DNA from: Gammaproteobacteria bacterium
GTDB lineage: Bacteria; Pseudomonadota; Gammaproteobacteria; Enterobacterales; GCA-2746155
DNA: 64,000 nt
Direction of reading: 5' to 3'
NCBI GenBank assembly: GCA_002746155.1
Contig: NVWF01000007.1
Coordinates: forward strand, 7,632-71,631
The notes below the pieces were generated by a model. It searched no databases, was not told the origin of the DNA, and was given only the letters and a program-made list of their open reading frames with translations. Both the position numbers and the translations under genes were made by a program. Of the stretch, positions 1 through 9,701 are shown piece after piece (positions within the stretch are counted from its first letter, which is position 1; the number at the start of each line of letters is the position of its first letter).

Positions 1-1200
1 AATGGCTTTTAAATCATCTAAAGCCTGTTGCTGCCAACTTTCATCCACGTCAGTTACCACATAACCTGTTTCACCAAAGGTTTGTAAAAACTGGGCAGAG
101 ATATTGATATTGTTCTTAGCAAATACTTCGTTAATTTGAACTAAGATCCCTGGCTTATTATGATGGATATGAAATATTCTATGGCTGTTTTTGTGTTCAG
201 GTAAAGTCACTTTAGGGAAGTTGACCGCGCTTGATGTAGAGCCATTATCAGAATAACGAACAATCTTTTCCGTCACTTCCAGGCCTATAAAATACTGAGC
301 TTCCTGGGTTGAACCACCTATGTGAGGTGTGAGGATAACATTATCAAATTCACGCAGGGGAGAGATAAACTCCTCCTTTGTGGATTTAGGTTCAACGGGA
401 AATACATCGATTGCAGCGCCAGAGATTTTTTTACTTCGAAGGGCGTCACTCAAGGCATCAATATCAACGACTGAGCCACGGGATGCATTCAATAAAATAG
501 CATTGTCTTTCATCTGGGCAAATTGCTCAGCACCAAACATCATCTGAGTTTGTTTTGTTTCAGGCACGTGCAGGGTAACAACATCAGCTATTGATAATAA
601 TTCTTCCATAGTTTCACAAGCCGTGGCATTGCCGAGAGATAATTGATTAGCAATATCATAAAAATATACTTTCATGCCAAGGCTCTCAGCCAAAATACCC
701 AGTTGAGTACCTATGTGACCATAGCCAATAATGCCAAGATTTTTACCACGGACTTCATAGGAATTATGAGCAGTTTTCTGCCAGCCACCTCGGTGAGCAA
801 CGGCATTTTTTTCTGGAATACCACGCATTAAAAGAATGCTCTCAGCCAGTACTAGTTCTGCCACAGATCGAGTATTAGCAAAGGGAGCGTTAAATACGGG
901 GATACCGCGTTTTTGACAGGCAGTCAGATCAACCTGATTTGTGCCAATACAAAAACAACCCACAGCACTCAGTTTTTTTGCATGACATAATACTTGCTCA
1001 GTGATCTGAGTTCGAGAACGAATACCAATAAAATGTGCATCTTTAATGGCCTCTAAAAGATCGTCTCCAGTAAGAGATTTTTTTTCATATTGGATATTGC
1101 TATAGCCTTGAGATTCAAGATACGAAACAGCACTTTCATGAACCCCCTCTAGTAACAGGATACGGATTTTATGCTTATCCAGTGATTTGATTTTTTTCAT
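1..1200 (-). CDS. serA: D-3-phosphoglycerate dehydrogenase (3' end, about 10 codons, lies outside the window)
   Basis: Not in the ORF track because it runs off the edge. My reverse-strand translation from ATG at 1200-1198 reads MKKIKSLDKHKIRILLLEGVHESAVSYLES... It contains the NAD fold GIIGYGHIGTQLG, LLNASRGSVVDIDAL, TPHIGGSTQEA and a C-terminal ACT-like region (HRIFHIHHNKPGIL). serA-rpiA adjacency matches E. coli. Confidence 0.9.
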   Translation of the reverse strand, partial: MKKIKSLDKHKIRILLLEGVHESAVSYLESQGYSNIQYEKKSLTGDDLLEAIKDAHFIGIRSRTQITEQVLCHAKKLSAVGCFCIGTNQVDLTACQKRGIPVFNAPFANTRSVAELVLAESILLMRGIPEKNAVAHRGGWQKTAHNSYEVRGKNLGIIGYGHIGTQLGILAESLGMKVYFYDIANQLSLGNATACETMEELLSIADVVTLHVPETKQTQMMFGAEQFAQMKDNAILLNASRGSVVDIDALSDALRSKKISGAAIDVFPVEPKSTKEEFISPLREFDNVILTPHIGGSTQEAQYFIGLEVTEKIVRYSDNGSTSSAVNFPKVTLPEHKNSHRIFHIHHNKPGILVQINEVFAKNNINISAQFLQTFGETGYVVTDVDESWQQQALDDLKAI

Positions 1201-1266
1201 CAGACTTCTCTATCAATGTAGTGGTTAAAGTAATTGTTAAGTGGCAAATTGCCAATTGGCAAACAG

Positions 1267-1941
1267 TTAAGATGGTAATAGGATTTCAACAGTATCGCCC
1301 TTACCCAGTAACAGTACATCAGCAGCTCTGTGTGCGAAAAGACCGTTAGTAACAACGCCAGTAATCTGGTTAATTGCAGTTTCTAATGCCTTGGGATCAG
1401 TAATGCTTAAATGATGAACGTCCAGGATGATATTACCATTATCCGTGATAAAGCCTTCACGGTAAACAGGGTCGCCATCGAGTTTAACGAGTTCTCTAGC
1501 CACATGACTTCTCGCCATGGGTATCACTTCAACGGGAAGAGGAAACTTACCCATAACGGCAACGAGTTTAGATTGATCAGCGATACAGATAAACTTGTCA
1601 GCAACAGCTGCGATAATTTTTTCCCGAGTAAGGGCGCCACCTCCACCCTTGATAAGGTTGAGATTAGCATCAGATTCATCTGCACCATCAACATACACAG
1701 GAATGCTATCAACGGTATTTAAATCATAAACAGGAATACCTAAGGCCTTTAGTCGCTCAGTTGAGGCCTGTGATGAAGAAACTGCACCATCTATTAAATG
1801 TTTCATGGATGCTAGGGCATCAATGAAGTGATTCACTGTAGAACCGGTGCCAACACCGACAATAGTATTTTCTTCGATGTATTTTACAGCAGCGATTGCG
1901 GCGAGCTTTTTTTCATTAGCTGGGTCAGACGGTGAAGACAT
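1267..1941 (-). CDS. rpiA: ribose-5-phosphate isomerase A
   Basis: 224-aa ORF with RpiA motifs GVGTGST, DGADE and [11 protein letters not shown]. Typical length and position next to serA. Confidence 0.95.
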   Translation of the reverse strand: MSSPSDPANEKKLAAIAAVKYIEENTIVGVGTGSTVNHFIDALASMKHLIDGAVSSSQASTERLKALGIPVYDLNTVDSIPVYVDGADESDANLNLIKGGGGALTREKIIAAVADKFICIADQSKLVAVMGKFPLPVEVIPMARSHVARELVKLDGDPVYREGFITDNGNIILDVHHLSITDPKALETAINQITGVVTNGLFAHRAADVLLLGKGDTVEILLPS

Positions 1942-1987
1942 TATTGCTTCCTTAATAAGGGCTAAGTCAGGGCCTATTAAAACTCAC

Positions 1988-2584
1988 TTAGCGATTAAAA
2001 TCTATCAAACTTGTAGCGGTTAAAACGATTTTTAAGCTTTGATCGAAAGATTCTTTCGGACAGAGGGGAATACGTTGAAAATCATAGGCAAGGCCTGCTA
2101 AAAGCGTGTTTGTATTGGTAAGTTTTGCAAGGGCTCGATCATAATAGCCGCCGCCCATACCCAAGCGGTTTCCTTGTCCATCAAAGGCTGTAAGGGGTAA
2201 AAAGATTAAATCCAACTCATTGATATCAATAAAATCATCAATGATGGGTTCTTTTATCCCAAATCGATTTTTCTCCAGAGTAGCAGCTGTGTCATATCGA
2301 CAAAATTCCATGGAATGATTTGAACTCACCCGAGCTATTTTAGGCAAATAAAGCTCACAACCCAGTACAACTAACAATTTGATCAGTTCAGAAGTGTCAA
2401 TTTCATTATCATGTTGTAAGTAGATGGCAATTTTTTTGTAGGATTTCTTACTCAGATGCTTTTTATATTGTTCAACCAGACCAAGGGCTGCCAGTTTAAG
2501 TTGATCATCCGATAAATCACCACGTTGAGTACGAAGCTCAGAGCGAAGCGTTAATTTTAATTGAGAAATTGATGGGCTAGTCAT
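1988..2584 (-). CDS. ygfA: 5-formyltetrahydrofolate cyclo-ligase
   Basis: Family motifs LPLTAFDGQGNRLGMGGGYYDR, and lies downstream of 6S RNA as in E. coli ssrS-ygfA. The track ORF starts at a TTG (2614) that would overlap the 6S 3' end. The in-frame ATG at 2584 (MTSPSISQLK...) is the more likely start. Confidence 0.85.
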   Translation of the reverse strand: MTSPSISQLKLTLRSELRTQRGDLSDDQLKLAALGLVEQYKKHLSKKSYKKIAIYLQHDNEIDTSELIKLLVVLGCELYLPKIARVSSNHSMEFCRYDTAATLEKNRFGIKEPIIDDFIDINELDLIFLPLTAFDGQGNRLGMGGGYYDRALAKLTNTNTLLAGLAYDFQRIPLCPKESFDQSLKIVLTATSLIDFNR

Positions 2585-2603
2585 GGGGAAATAGGTGGAA
2601 TTA

Positions 2604-2785
2604 ATGTTTTCCAAAATGCCGTTACAAGTTTAGCCCCTAGAACCCGAGGGTTCAAGGTGGGCGCTTATTTACCGAATCAGGCTCTCCAGTATACCGGATA
2701 TGCACAACATCAGCAGATGACAAGCTCCCGAAGTAAGTAAATCGGCTCGAGGAACATCTCTGCTAGCGAACATCCCAGGAAACAT
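2604..2785 (-). ncRNA. ssrS: 6S RNA (boundaries approximate)
   Basis: Sits in the zapA-ygfA gap exactly where E. coli ssrS lies. The reverse strand reads auguuuccugggauguucgcuagc...gagccgau...caccuugaacccucggguucuagggg...ggaaaacau. This parallels E. coli 6S (auuucucugagauguucgcaagc...gagccgau...caccuugaaccaaggguucaaggg). The 5' and 3' ends are complementary and form the closing stem. Confidence 0.78.
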
Positions 2786-2923
2786 TAACTCCTATTCTGA
2801 TCATTTATACGAAGTACATAAAAAGTATATAAACTCATCTTGGAACCAATAATTGAATATTAGCACCTAGCTATGGAAATAACAGTAGAGATGGTGATTA
2901 TTTATTAGGATAATTGTAACAAT

Positions 2924-3235
2924 TTAGAAATCAAGCTCTTCCGTTTCATTAAGACTTTGTTCTATTTTAGATTGCATGCGAGAAATGGACTGATTAATTG
3001 TATCAGCCACTTCATCACTCGTACCTTCCGTTGAAAGTAACTCACTGGCAAGATTCAGCGCCGCCATTATGGCGATGCGATCGACACCAATCACACGGCC
3101 GGTTTCACGAATTTCACGCATTCGCTCATCAAGAGAGGCTGCTGAGTCACGGAGATGTTGTTGTTCAGATTCAGGACAGTTAACCCGAAACTCTCTATCC
3201 ATGATGCTAACGGTTAAGGTTGATGTTTCAGCCAT
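2924..3235 (-). CDS. zapA: cell division protein ZapA
   Basis: 103 aa. Starts with a ZapA-like N-terminus (VSIMDREFRVNCPESEQQHLRDSAASLDERMREIR) followed by a coiled-coil tail. Conserved position upstream of ssrS. Confidence 0.9.
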   Translation of the reverse strand: MAETSTLTVSIMDREFRVNCPESEQQHLRDSAASLDERMREIRETGRVIGVDRIAIMAALNLASELLSTEGTSDEVADTINQSISRMQSKIEQSLNETEELDF

Positions 3236-3441
3236 TACTTGGACTCCATGGCTTTAAGCCGAATGATCATAGCTTCAATCTTACCCGTTGCTAGTTCATT
3301 CTTCTCTAGTAATTTACTGCGCTCGTCTTGTAATGATGACTCGGAGCTGCGTAACTGCTTATTTTCATCACGCAAAGTCTGGTAGCGACTGAGAAGCGCA
3401 TCCAGTTGTTGTTCTAGTTGATCTGTTTCTAATGGTTGCAT
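3235..3441 (-). CDS. small coiled-coil protein (TIGR02449-like partner of zapA)
   Basis: 68-aa heptad-rich ORF (LEQQLDALLSRYQTLRDENKQLR...) whose stop overlaps the zapA start. The same arrangement occurs upstream of zapA in pseudomonads. Confidence 0.6.
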   Translation of the reverse strand: MQPLETDQLEQQLDALLSRYQTLRDENKQLRSSESSLQDERSKLLEKNELATGKIEAMIIRLKAMESK

Positions 3442-3623
3442 AGTTCTACTACTAATTTATAACTACTTAGTAGGCTTGTTGCCCGCAAGTAATTTTGTTA
3501 ATTTACCCGCTGATCATAAAGAGGATCGTGCTAACAGTCAATTAAGACAGTTAAGACAACAGCATAAACACAATGTTATTATAGTTAACTGATACTTAAC
3601 TGAGCAAAAAATCGGTAAATGCC

Positions 3624-4187
3624 ATGAATAAACCGTCACACAATTATGATGAATTACAACAACTGCTCGATGATAATCACTTGCTAATCACAGTCGCAGA
3701 ACTTCAAGGTCTCTTAATGGGCTTTTATGCAGCGGGACTGGATCTTAATGACCTAAGTTGGAAAGCCAACTTATTAAAGCAATTATCAACCACTGAGCCT
3801 GTACCTGATGTCATTGATACTGAATTAACCCGTATCAATGGCGAACTTAGGGAAATGATTTCTACTGAGTTGTTTGGTTTAGAATTACTTCTCCCGCCTG
3901 ATGAAAGTTCAGCCGTTGCAAGAGCAGAAGCCATGGGTTACTGGTGCCAGGGCTTTTTGCTTGGCTATCTGCAGCTCACAGAAAACAAAGAAGAGTCCGA
4001 TGAAGACGTGGATGATGCTTTATCCGATTTAGAAGAAATATCTAACCTTGATCTTGATACTGTGGGTAGTACAGAGGAAGATGAGAAGTCACTTTTTGAA
4101 TTAGCCGAGCATATTAAAGTTTCAGCTCAAATTATTCATAGTGTGAACGGGCAAAGTCCTGCACAAGAAGATGAAACCCTGCACTAA
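3624..4187 (+). CDS. ygfB: UPF0149 family protein YgfB
   Basis: Has ELQGLLMG, WCQGFLLGY and an acidic C-terminal half. Position upstream of pepP matches E. coli ygfB-pepP-ubiH-visC. Confidence 0.85.
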   Translation: MNKPSHNYDELQQLLDDNHLLITVAELQGLLMGFYAAGLDLNDLSWKANLLKQLSTTEPVPDVIDTELTRINGELREMISTELFGLELLLPPDESSAVARAEAMGYWCQGFLLGYLQLTENKEESDEDVDDALSDLEEISNLDLDTVGSTEEDEKSLFELAEHIKVSAQIIHSVNGQSPAQEDETLH

Positions 4188-4244
4188 CTTGATACCCGTT
4201 CGAAATAAAATAATAATAATAAAACAACTTAAGGATTAGCACTA

Positions 4245-5534
4245 ATGATAAGCAAAGCAGAATTTGCACTTAGACGAAAACGCCTAATGGCCATGATGGG
4301 TTCCGACTCCATTGCCATCTTACCTTCTGCCAGTGAAATGACGAGAAGTCGTGATACTGAGTACAGTTTTAGACAAGACAGTGACTTTCATTACCTTTGT
4401 GGTTTTAATGAGCCCGAGGCTGTGCTTATCTTGATTCCAGGTAGAAAACACGGTGACTATATAATGTTTAACCGTGAACGGGATCTCGTTAAAGAAACCT
4501 GGCATGGAAGGCGGGCGGGTCAGCAGGGTGTCATGGACAAATTTAATGCAGCCGACGCTTTTCCAGTTGATGATATTGATGATATTTTGCCAGGTCTTAT
4601 GGAAGGCCGAGAAACAATTTACTGTGCCATTGGTGCCAATAAAGAATTTGATGAACGCATTATTGGCTGGCTAAGTGGCGCATCTCAAGGTGAGATTATT
4701 GATATCAGTCACGCCCTCCATGACTTTAGACTTTATAAAAGCGCATCTGAAATCAAGCTGATGAGAAAAGCAGCCGAGATATCCGCCAAGGCACATATCA
4801 GGGCAATGGAAAAAGCTCGGCCAGGACTTTATGAATATCAAATTGAAGCGGAGTTGCTCCACGAGTTTGCAACCAGTGGTGCAAGGTTTCCAGCCTACAA
4901 TAGTATCGTTGCCAGTGGAGACAACGCTTGTATTCTACATTATGTGGAGAATGAGTCTGAGCTTAAGGATGGTGACTTATTGATGATTGATGCCGGGGCT
5001 GAAGTTGATTTATACGCGGCGGACATCAGTCGAACCTTTCCTGTGAACGGACGTTTTAGTGAACCTCAAAAAATCATGTATAACTGGGTACTAAAAGCCC
5101 AGCTCGCTGCCATTGAAACCATCAAACCTGGTGCCTGTTGGAATGCTCCCCATGAAGCTGCAGTTAAAATCCTCACTAAAGGGCTTGTTGAAATGGGAAT
5201 TCTTAAGGGCAAGGTGAGTAGTTTAATTAAAAATGAAGCCTACAAAGCTTTTTACATGCATAAAACCGGTCACTGGTTAGGGCTTGATGTCCATGATGTT
5301 GGTGACTATCAGGTGGGAGGAGAGCCTCGGGTACTAGAGCCGGGTATGGTGCTAACCGTTGAGCCAGGCTTGTACGTTCCACTTAACGCTAAAAAGGTTG
5401 CTAAACGTTGGAAAGGTATGGGCATAAGAATTGAAGATGATGTATTAGTGACAAAAAATGGCTTTGACGTCCTCTCAAAAAATGCACCAAAAACTATCCC
5501 AGACATTGAAGCTGTTATGTCAAAAGGCAACTAA
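4245..5534 (+). CDS. pepP: Xaa-Pro aminopeptidase (aminopeptidase P)
   Basis: M24B metal-ligand motifs are present: DLLMIDAGAE, YAADISRTFPVNGRF, HWLGLDVHDVG, EPGMVLTVEPGLY and GIRIEDDVLVT. Confidence 0.95.
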   Translation: MISKAEFALRRKRLMAMMGSDSIAILPSASEMTRSRDTEYSFRQDSDFHYLCGFNEPEAVLILIPGRKHGDYIMFNRERDLVKETWHGRRAGQQGVMDKFNAADAFPVDDIDDILPGLMEGRETIYCAIGANKEFDERIIGWLSGASQGEIIDISHALHDFRLYKSASEIKLMRKAAEISAKAHIRAMEKARPGLYEYQIEAELLHEFATSGARFPAYNSIVASGDNACILHYVENESELKDGDLLMIDAGAEVDLYAADISRTFPVNGRFSEPQKIMYNWVLKAQLAAIETIKPGACWNAPHEAAVKILTKGLVEMGILKGKVSSLIKNEAYKAFYMHKTGHWLGLDVHDVGDYQVGGEPRVLEPGMVLTVEPGLYVPLNAKKVAKRWKGMGIRIEDDVLVTKNGFDVLSKNAPKTIPDIEAVMSKGN

Positions 5535-5535
5535 A

Positions 5536-6801
5536 TTGACCACTGATGAGGGGGTTTACGATGTCGCTATAGTAGGTGGTGGCATGATTGGTAGCTCCCT
5601 CGCCATAGCCTTATCGGCACTAGCTTTAAAAGTTGTAGTCATAGAGCCTTATCCACAAACTAGTGAGTTGGCTCCAGGCTTTGATGCCAGAGCAATCGCC
5701 TTATCTTGGGGAAGTATGCGCATCTTTAAAAGTCTCGTGTTAGATAAGTTGATAGAAGAAATTGCAACACCCATTTCAAGTATCCATGTTTCAGATAAGG
5801 GGCATTTAGGCATAACTCGTCTTAAGGCGAAACAATTGAATGTTAGTGCCTTAGGCCAAGTAGTTGAGCTGGCTGATATGGGTAAAATCCTTTTTAAGGC
5901 CTTAGCTAAAACCAACACCAAACAATACTGTCCTGCTAAGGTGGTTGAGATGCAATTGCAGGATGGCTATAGAGGCTTAAGCATTGAGCTTGATTGCTTA
6001 GACTCCTCAACAAAAAGCACCTTAGATCTAAAGGCAAAACTTGTGGTGGCGGCAGATGGTAATCAATCGGCTATCAGAGCAATGGCTGGTATTGAAACAA
6101 CAAGTAAACCCTATGAACAGGTGGCGATAATCTCCACCCTTGAAAGCCAACTTGCTCACAATAATGTCGCCTTTGAGCGCTTTACAGAGTCTGGTCCAGT
6201 GGCTTTTCTTCCCCTTAGCAGTAATCGAATCTCAATGGTTTGGATGGTTGATAAGACAGTTTCAGAAGCCTTGCTAGAGGTGGATGAAGCTGAGTTTATC
6301 TCTCAATTACAGCGTCAGTTTGGTTATAGATTGGGTAGAATTACTCGCCTTGGGAAACGATTTTCCTACCCCCTTAATCTCGTTACAGCAAATTCATGCA
6401 CCCAGTCTCGACTAGTGCTGCTCGGCAATGCTGCTCAAAGTTTACATCCCATAGCAGGCCAAGGTTTTAATCTTGGCATCCGAGATATTGCCTGTCTTGG
6501 TGATGTGTTACGTAAGGCGTTGCTGGAGAATATTGATCTGGGTTCTGCTGAGTTGCTCGAAGAGTATGTGTTATCTCGAAGCAGTGATAAAAGCCAGGTG
6601 ATTAATTTTACTGATGCAGCTGCAAGGCTATTTGCTAACCCATCGAAACTGTTATCCGTGCCACGCAATACTGCACTTATAATGATGAATTTCATTCCTG
6701 AATTGCGCAGTCATTTGGCCGAAGCTGCCATGGGTATAGGTGGCCGACAAAGTCGTTTGGTGCGCGGCCTGCCACTGACACTGAACCGAAGGTATAACTA
6801 A
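5536..6801 (+). CDS. ubiH: 2-octaprenyl-6-methoxyphenol hydroxylase (FAD monooxygenase)
   Basis: FAD fold DVAIVGGGMIGSS, plus ADGNQSAIR and GNAAQSLHPIAGQGFNLGIRD. The track ORF starts at 5458 inside pepP. The in-frame TTG at 5536, preceded by aaagg, sits just after the pepP stop and just before the GxGxxG fold, so I prefer it. Confidence 0.85.
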   Translation: MTTDEGVYDVAIVGGGMIGSSLAIALSALALKVVVIEPYPQTSELAPGFDARAIALSWGSMRIFKSLVLDKLIEEIATPISSIHVSDKGHLGITRLKAKQLNVSALGQVVELADMGKILFKALAKTNTKQYCPAKVVEMQLQDGYRGLSIELDCLDSSTKSTLDLKAKLVVAADGNQSAIRAMAGIETTSKPYEQVAIISTLESQLAHNNVAFERFTESGPVAFLPLSSNRISMVWMVDKTVSEALLEVDEAEFISQLQRQFGYRLGRITRLGKRFSYPLNLVTANSCTQSRLVLLGNAAQSLHPIAGQGFNLGIRDIACLGDVLRKALLENIDLGSAELLEEYVLSRSSDKSQVINFTDAAARLFANPSKLLSVPRNTALIMMNFIPELRSHLAEAAMGIGGRQSRLVRGLPLTLNRRYN

Positions 6802-6805
6802 CCAG

Positions 6806-8044
6806 ATGGCGAGAAATCAAGCGGACATTATTATTGTAGGCGGAGGAATGGTTGGCTTAACAACGGCTCTTGCCTTGGCAAAATCAAACTTATCCCTAGT
6901 CGTTATTGATCACACTGCCTTCAGCTTACCATCAACTGACGCTCCACAAGACTTAAGAGTGAGCGCCATAACCCGGGCTAGTCAAAATATTTTCAGAAAC
7001 TTGGGCAGCTGGGATAATATCCAAGCTTTAGGGGTAAGTGGTTATGATAAAATGCATGTTTGGGACGCCAGCGGCAAGGGTGCCATTTCCTTTGATGCAG
7101 CCGATTTAGCTGAACCTGACCTAGGCCACATTATTGAAAATAAAAATATTCGGGCTGGCCTTTGGCAATCAATAAAAGCGCTTTCGTTAAAAAAGGCTAA
7201 TAACATCACCCTCCTTGCACCGGTTAAAGCAACCAAGGTCATTTGGGATGATAAGGGTGGCTTACTGACACTGGATAACGGCGACACTTGGCGAGGTAAA
7301 TTATTAGTGGCTGCAGATGGTGCTAACTCTTGGCTTCGTAACCAACGAAAAATCGCCGTGAGCAAAAAGCCCTATGGACATCATGCTCTGGTGTGTAATA
7401 TTCAAACAGAGAATAATCATCAAGCCTGTGCCTGGCAACGATTTATATCAACGGGTCCCCTAGCCCTATTACCACTAAAAGACGAACATAGTTGCTCCAT
7501 CGTTTGGTCAACGTCAGCACAACAAGCGAGTCAGTTAAAAGCCTTGAGTGAACAAGACTTTAATGAACAATTATCCCATGCCTTTGAGCATAAACTCGGT
7601 AAGCTCACCGTTACCAGTGAGAGGCTCAGCTTTCCGCTGATCAAAGGTCATGTTGAACGCTATGTGGATGACGGCATAGCGCTGGTTGGCGACGCTGCCC
7701 ATACTATTCATCCCTTAGCAGGCCAAGGTGTTAATTTAGGTCTAGTCGATGCAGCTTGTCTTGCTGAAGTTATTTTAAAAGCCCTACAGAAAAACCAAAA
7801 TATTTCTAGTAGACAGGTACTTCGGCCTTATGAGCGATGGCGACGTAGTGAAAATCAACTGATGTTAGATGCCATGGGGTTTTTCCGTTATTTGTTTGAT
7901 GGAGAGCAACTTATGAAGACGCTGTTTAGAAACACCGCTATGTCTAGTCTTGATAAGTTCACAGCATTAAAAAGAGAAGTGATTTTAAGGGCCATGGGAC
8001 TAAAAGGTGACTTGCCAAATTTAACACACAGCCTGCGTGATTAA
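6806..8044 (+). CDS. ubiI: 2-octaprenylphenol hydroxylase (UbiI/VisC-type FAD monooxygenase)
   Basis: Has IIIVGGGMVGLT, ADGANSWLR and GDAAHTIHPLAGQGVNLGLVD. Directly follows ubiH as in E. coli ubiH-visC. Assignment between UbiI and UbiF paralogues is by synteny only. Confidence 0.8.
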   Translation: MARNQADIIIVGGGMVGLTTALALAKSNLSLVVIDHTAFSLPSTDAPQDLRVSAITRASQNIFRNLGSWDNIQALGVSGYDKMHVWDASGKGAISFDAADLAEPDLGHIIENKNIRAGLWQSIKALSLKKANNITLLAPVKATKVIWDDKGGLLTLDNGDTWRGKLLVAADGANSWLRNQRKIAVSKKPYGHHALVCNIQTENNHQACAWQRFISTGPLALLPLKDEHSCSIVWSTSAQQASQLKALSEQDFNEQLSHAFEHKLGKLTVTSERLSFPLIKGHVERYVDDGIALVGDAAHTIHPLAGQGVNLGLVDAACLAEVILKALQKNQNISSRQVLRPYERWRRSENQLMLDAMGFFRYLFDGEQLMKTLFRNTAMSSLDKFTALKREVILRAMGLKGDLPNLTHSLRD

Positions 8045-8061
8045 GCGCTAGAATAAAGGCT

Positions 8062-8089
8062 TTTACATCCCTCTTTTGCCCTGTATAAT
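8062..8089 (+). promoter_or_regulatory. putative sigma70 promoter of the gcv operon
   Basis: TTTACA (8062-8067), a 16-nt spacer, then TATAAT (8084-8089), about 40 nt upstream of the gcvT start. Confidence 0.4.
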
Positions 8090-8127
8090 CGCGCCAATTG
8101 TAGCGATATACTTAATATTGGAACTGG

Positions 8128-9219
8128 ATGATCATGGCCCATAAAACACCTTTTTACGATCTTCATCTTAAAGCCGGCGCCAAAATTGTAGATTTTGGTG
8201 GTTGGGATATGCCCCTGCACTATGGCTCCCAACTTGATGAACATCATCTGGTAAGACAAAAAGCTGGCATGTTTGATGTGTCTCACATGACCATTGTTGA
8301 TGTCAAAGGAGTTGATGCCACGGCATTTCTACGCTATCTACTGGCCAATGATGTGCAAAAAATCAACACAGCCGGTAAAGCACTTTATAGTGGCATGCTC
8401 AATGAAGACGGTGGTGTGATTGATGATCTGATAGTCTATTTCCTAACCCCTGAAAGCTACCGAATGGTGGTGAATGCCTCAACCCAAGAAAAAGATCTGG
8501 CCTGGATCAATAAACAAAGTCAGGGATTTGATGTGGATCTAACTCATCAGGCTAATTTGGGAACCCTCGCAATCCAAGGTCCAGAATCGAGAGCCTTAGC
8601 CATGTCGGTCATGACAGAAAGCCGAAAGCGGTCTGCCAAGGACTTAGGCGTTTTTTTTGCAGCCCAGGTTGATAATTGGTTTATTGCCAGAACTGGCTAC
8701 ACTGGAGAAGACGGTTTTGAAATAACCATACCACTGAGTGACTTAAAGCAATTTTGGAATGACTTGATAGCTGCCGGTGTTGCTCCTTGTGGATTAGGCT
8801 CTCGCGACACCCTACGCCTCGAAGCCGGTATGAATCTTTATGGCTCAGATATGGATGAAACGATAAGCCCACTTCAGGCAAACATGGCTTGGACGGTTGA
8901 TCTGAAGGATACTGAACGTCATTTTGTGGGTAAAGCTGCTATGGTTGCTGAAAAAGAAGCCGGCGTGAAAATGAAATTGGTTGGACTGGTTCTCCAAGGT
9001 AAGGGCGTTTTACGAGGACATCAGAAGGTCGTTATCCCTGATGTGGGCGAAGGTGAAATCACCTCAGGTACTTTTTCTCCCACCCTAAAGATTGGTATAG
9101 CCTTGGCAAGAGTACCCGCGGCTACTTCAGACACGGCTTTTGTTGAAGTCCGCAAAAAGCAGTTGGCGGTAAAGGTCATCAGACCCGGCTTTGTACGTAA
9201 CGGTAAACAGGTCTTTTAA
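8128..9219 (+). CDS. gcvT: glycine cleavage system aminomethyltransferase T
   Basis: KTPFYDLHLKAGAKIVDFGGWDMPLHYGSQLDEHHLVR is a typical GcvT N-terminus. Also has TGYTGEDGFEI. The real start may be the second ATG at 8134 (MAHKTPFYDLH). Confidence 0.95.
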   Translation: MIMAHKTPFYDLHLKAGAKIVDFGGWDMPLHYGSQLDEHHLVRQKAGMFDVSHMTIVDVKGVDATAFLRYLLANDVQKINTAGKALYSGMLNEDGGVIDDLIVYFLTPESYRMVVNASTQEKDLAWINKQSQGFDVDLTHQANLGTLAIQGPESRALAMSVMTESRKRSAKDLGVFFAAQVDNWFIARTGYTGEDGFEITIPLSDLKQFWNDLIAAGVAPCGLGSRDTLRLEAGMNLYGSDMDETISPLQANMAWTVDLKDTERHFVGKAAMVAEKEAGVKMKLVGLVLQGKGVLRGHQKVVIPDVGEGEITSGTFSPTLKIGIALARVPAATSDTAFVEVRKKQLAVKVIRPGFVRNGKQVF

Positions 9220-9283
9220 GCAATTTGACAGTAATGTTTTATATGTCCCATTTTTTACAATCTATTAATGAGAGGAAATGTAG

Positions 9284-9673
9284 ATGAGCGAAATTCCAAG
9301 TGAGTTAAAATATACTAAAGAACACGAATGGATAAGACTCGATGATGAAGGTACCGTTGTGGTTGGTATCACCGATCATGCTCAGGAATTACTGGGTGAC
9401 ATGGTTTATGTTGAGCTACCAGAAGTGGATGATAGCGTTGCAAGTGGTGATGAAACCGGTGTGGTCGAATCAGTGAAGGCGGCTTCAGATATTTACGCAC
9501 CTATCTCTGGTGAGATAGTTGAAGTTAATGAAGAACTTGCCGATGCACCTGAACACGTCAATGCTGAACCCTATGACTCAGGTTGGCTATACAAAATGAC
9601 AGTGGGCGATGAGGCTGATCTAGATGAGCTTCTAACAGCCGACGAATATGCTGAACTTATCGCTGACGAATAA
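9284..9673 (+). CDS. gcvH: glycine cleavage system protein H
   Basis: 129 aa with YTKEHEW, GITDHAQ and the lipoyl-lysine motif VESVKAASD. Confidence 0.95.
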   Translation: MSEIPSELKYTKEHEWIRLDDEGTVVVGITDHAQELLGDMVYVELPEVDDSVASGDETGVVESVKAASDIYAPISGEIVEVNEELADAPEHVNAEPYDSGWLYKMTVGDEADLDELLTADEYAELIADE

Positions 9674-9701
9674 ATGCTCTTAACAGCAGGATTAAATTGA
9701 T

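Noticed and set aside
1229-1256. Overlapping palindromes tggcaaattgcca / ttgccaattggcaa between rpiA and serA
   Set aside because: These are short (6-7 bp arms), loop-less and AT-biased. They could be an operator or a weak terminator, but nothing further supports a specific call.
5458-5535. 77-nt overlap between pepP and ubiH implied by the ORF track
   Set aside because: This is a longest-ORF artefact. The extension precedes the FAD GxGxxG fold by about 35 residues with no homology, and an in-frame TTG with an RBS sits right after the pepP stop.
8045-8127. Possible glycine riboswitch upstream of gcvT
   Set aside because: The leader is only about 85 nt in total, about 40 nt after the putative -10. 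It lacks the tandem aptamer architecture and conserved GGAGAG...CACCG-type cores. A plain promoter fits better.
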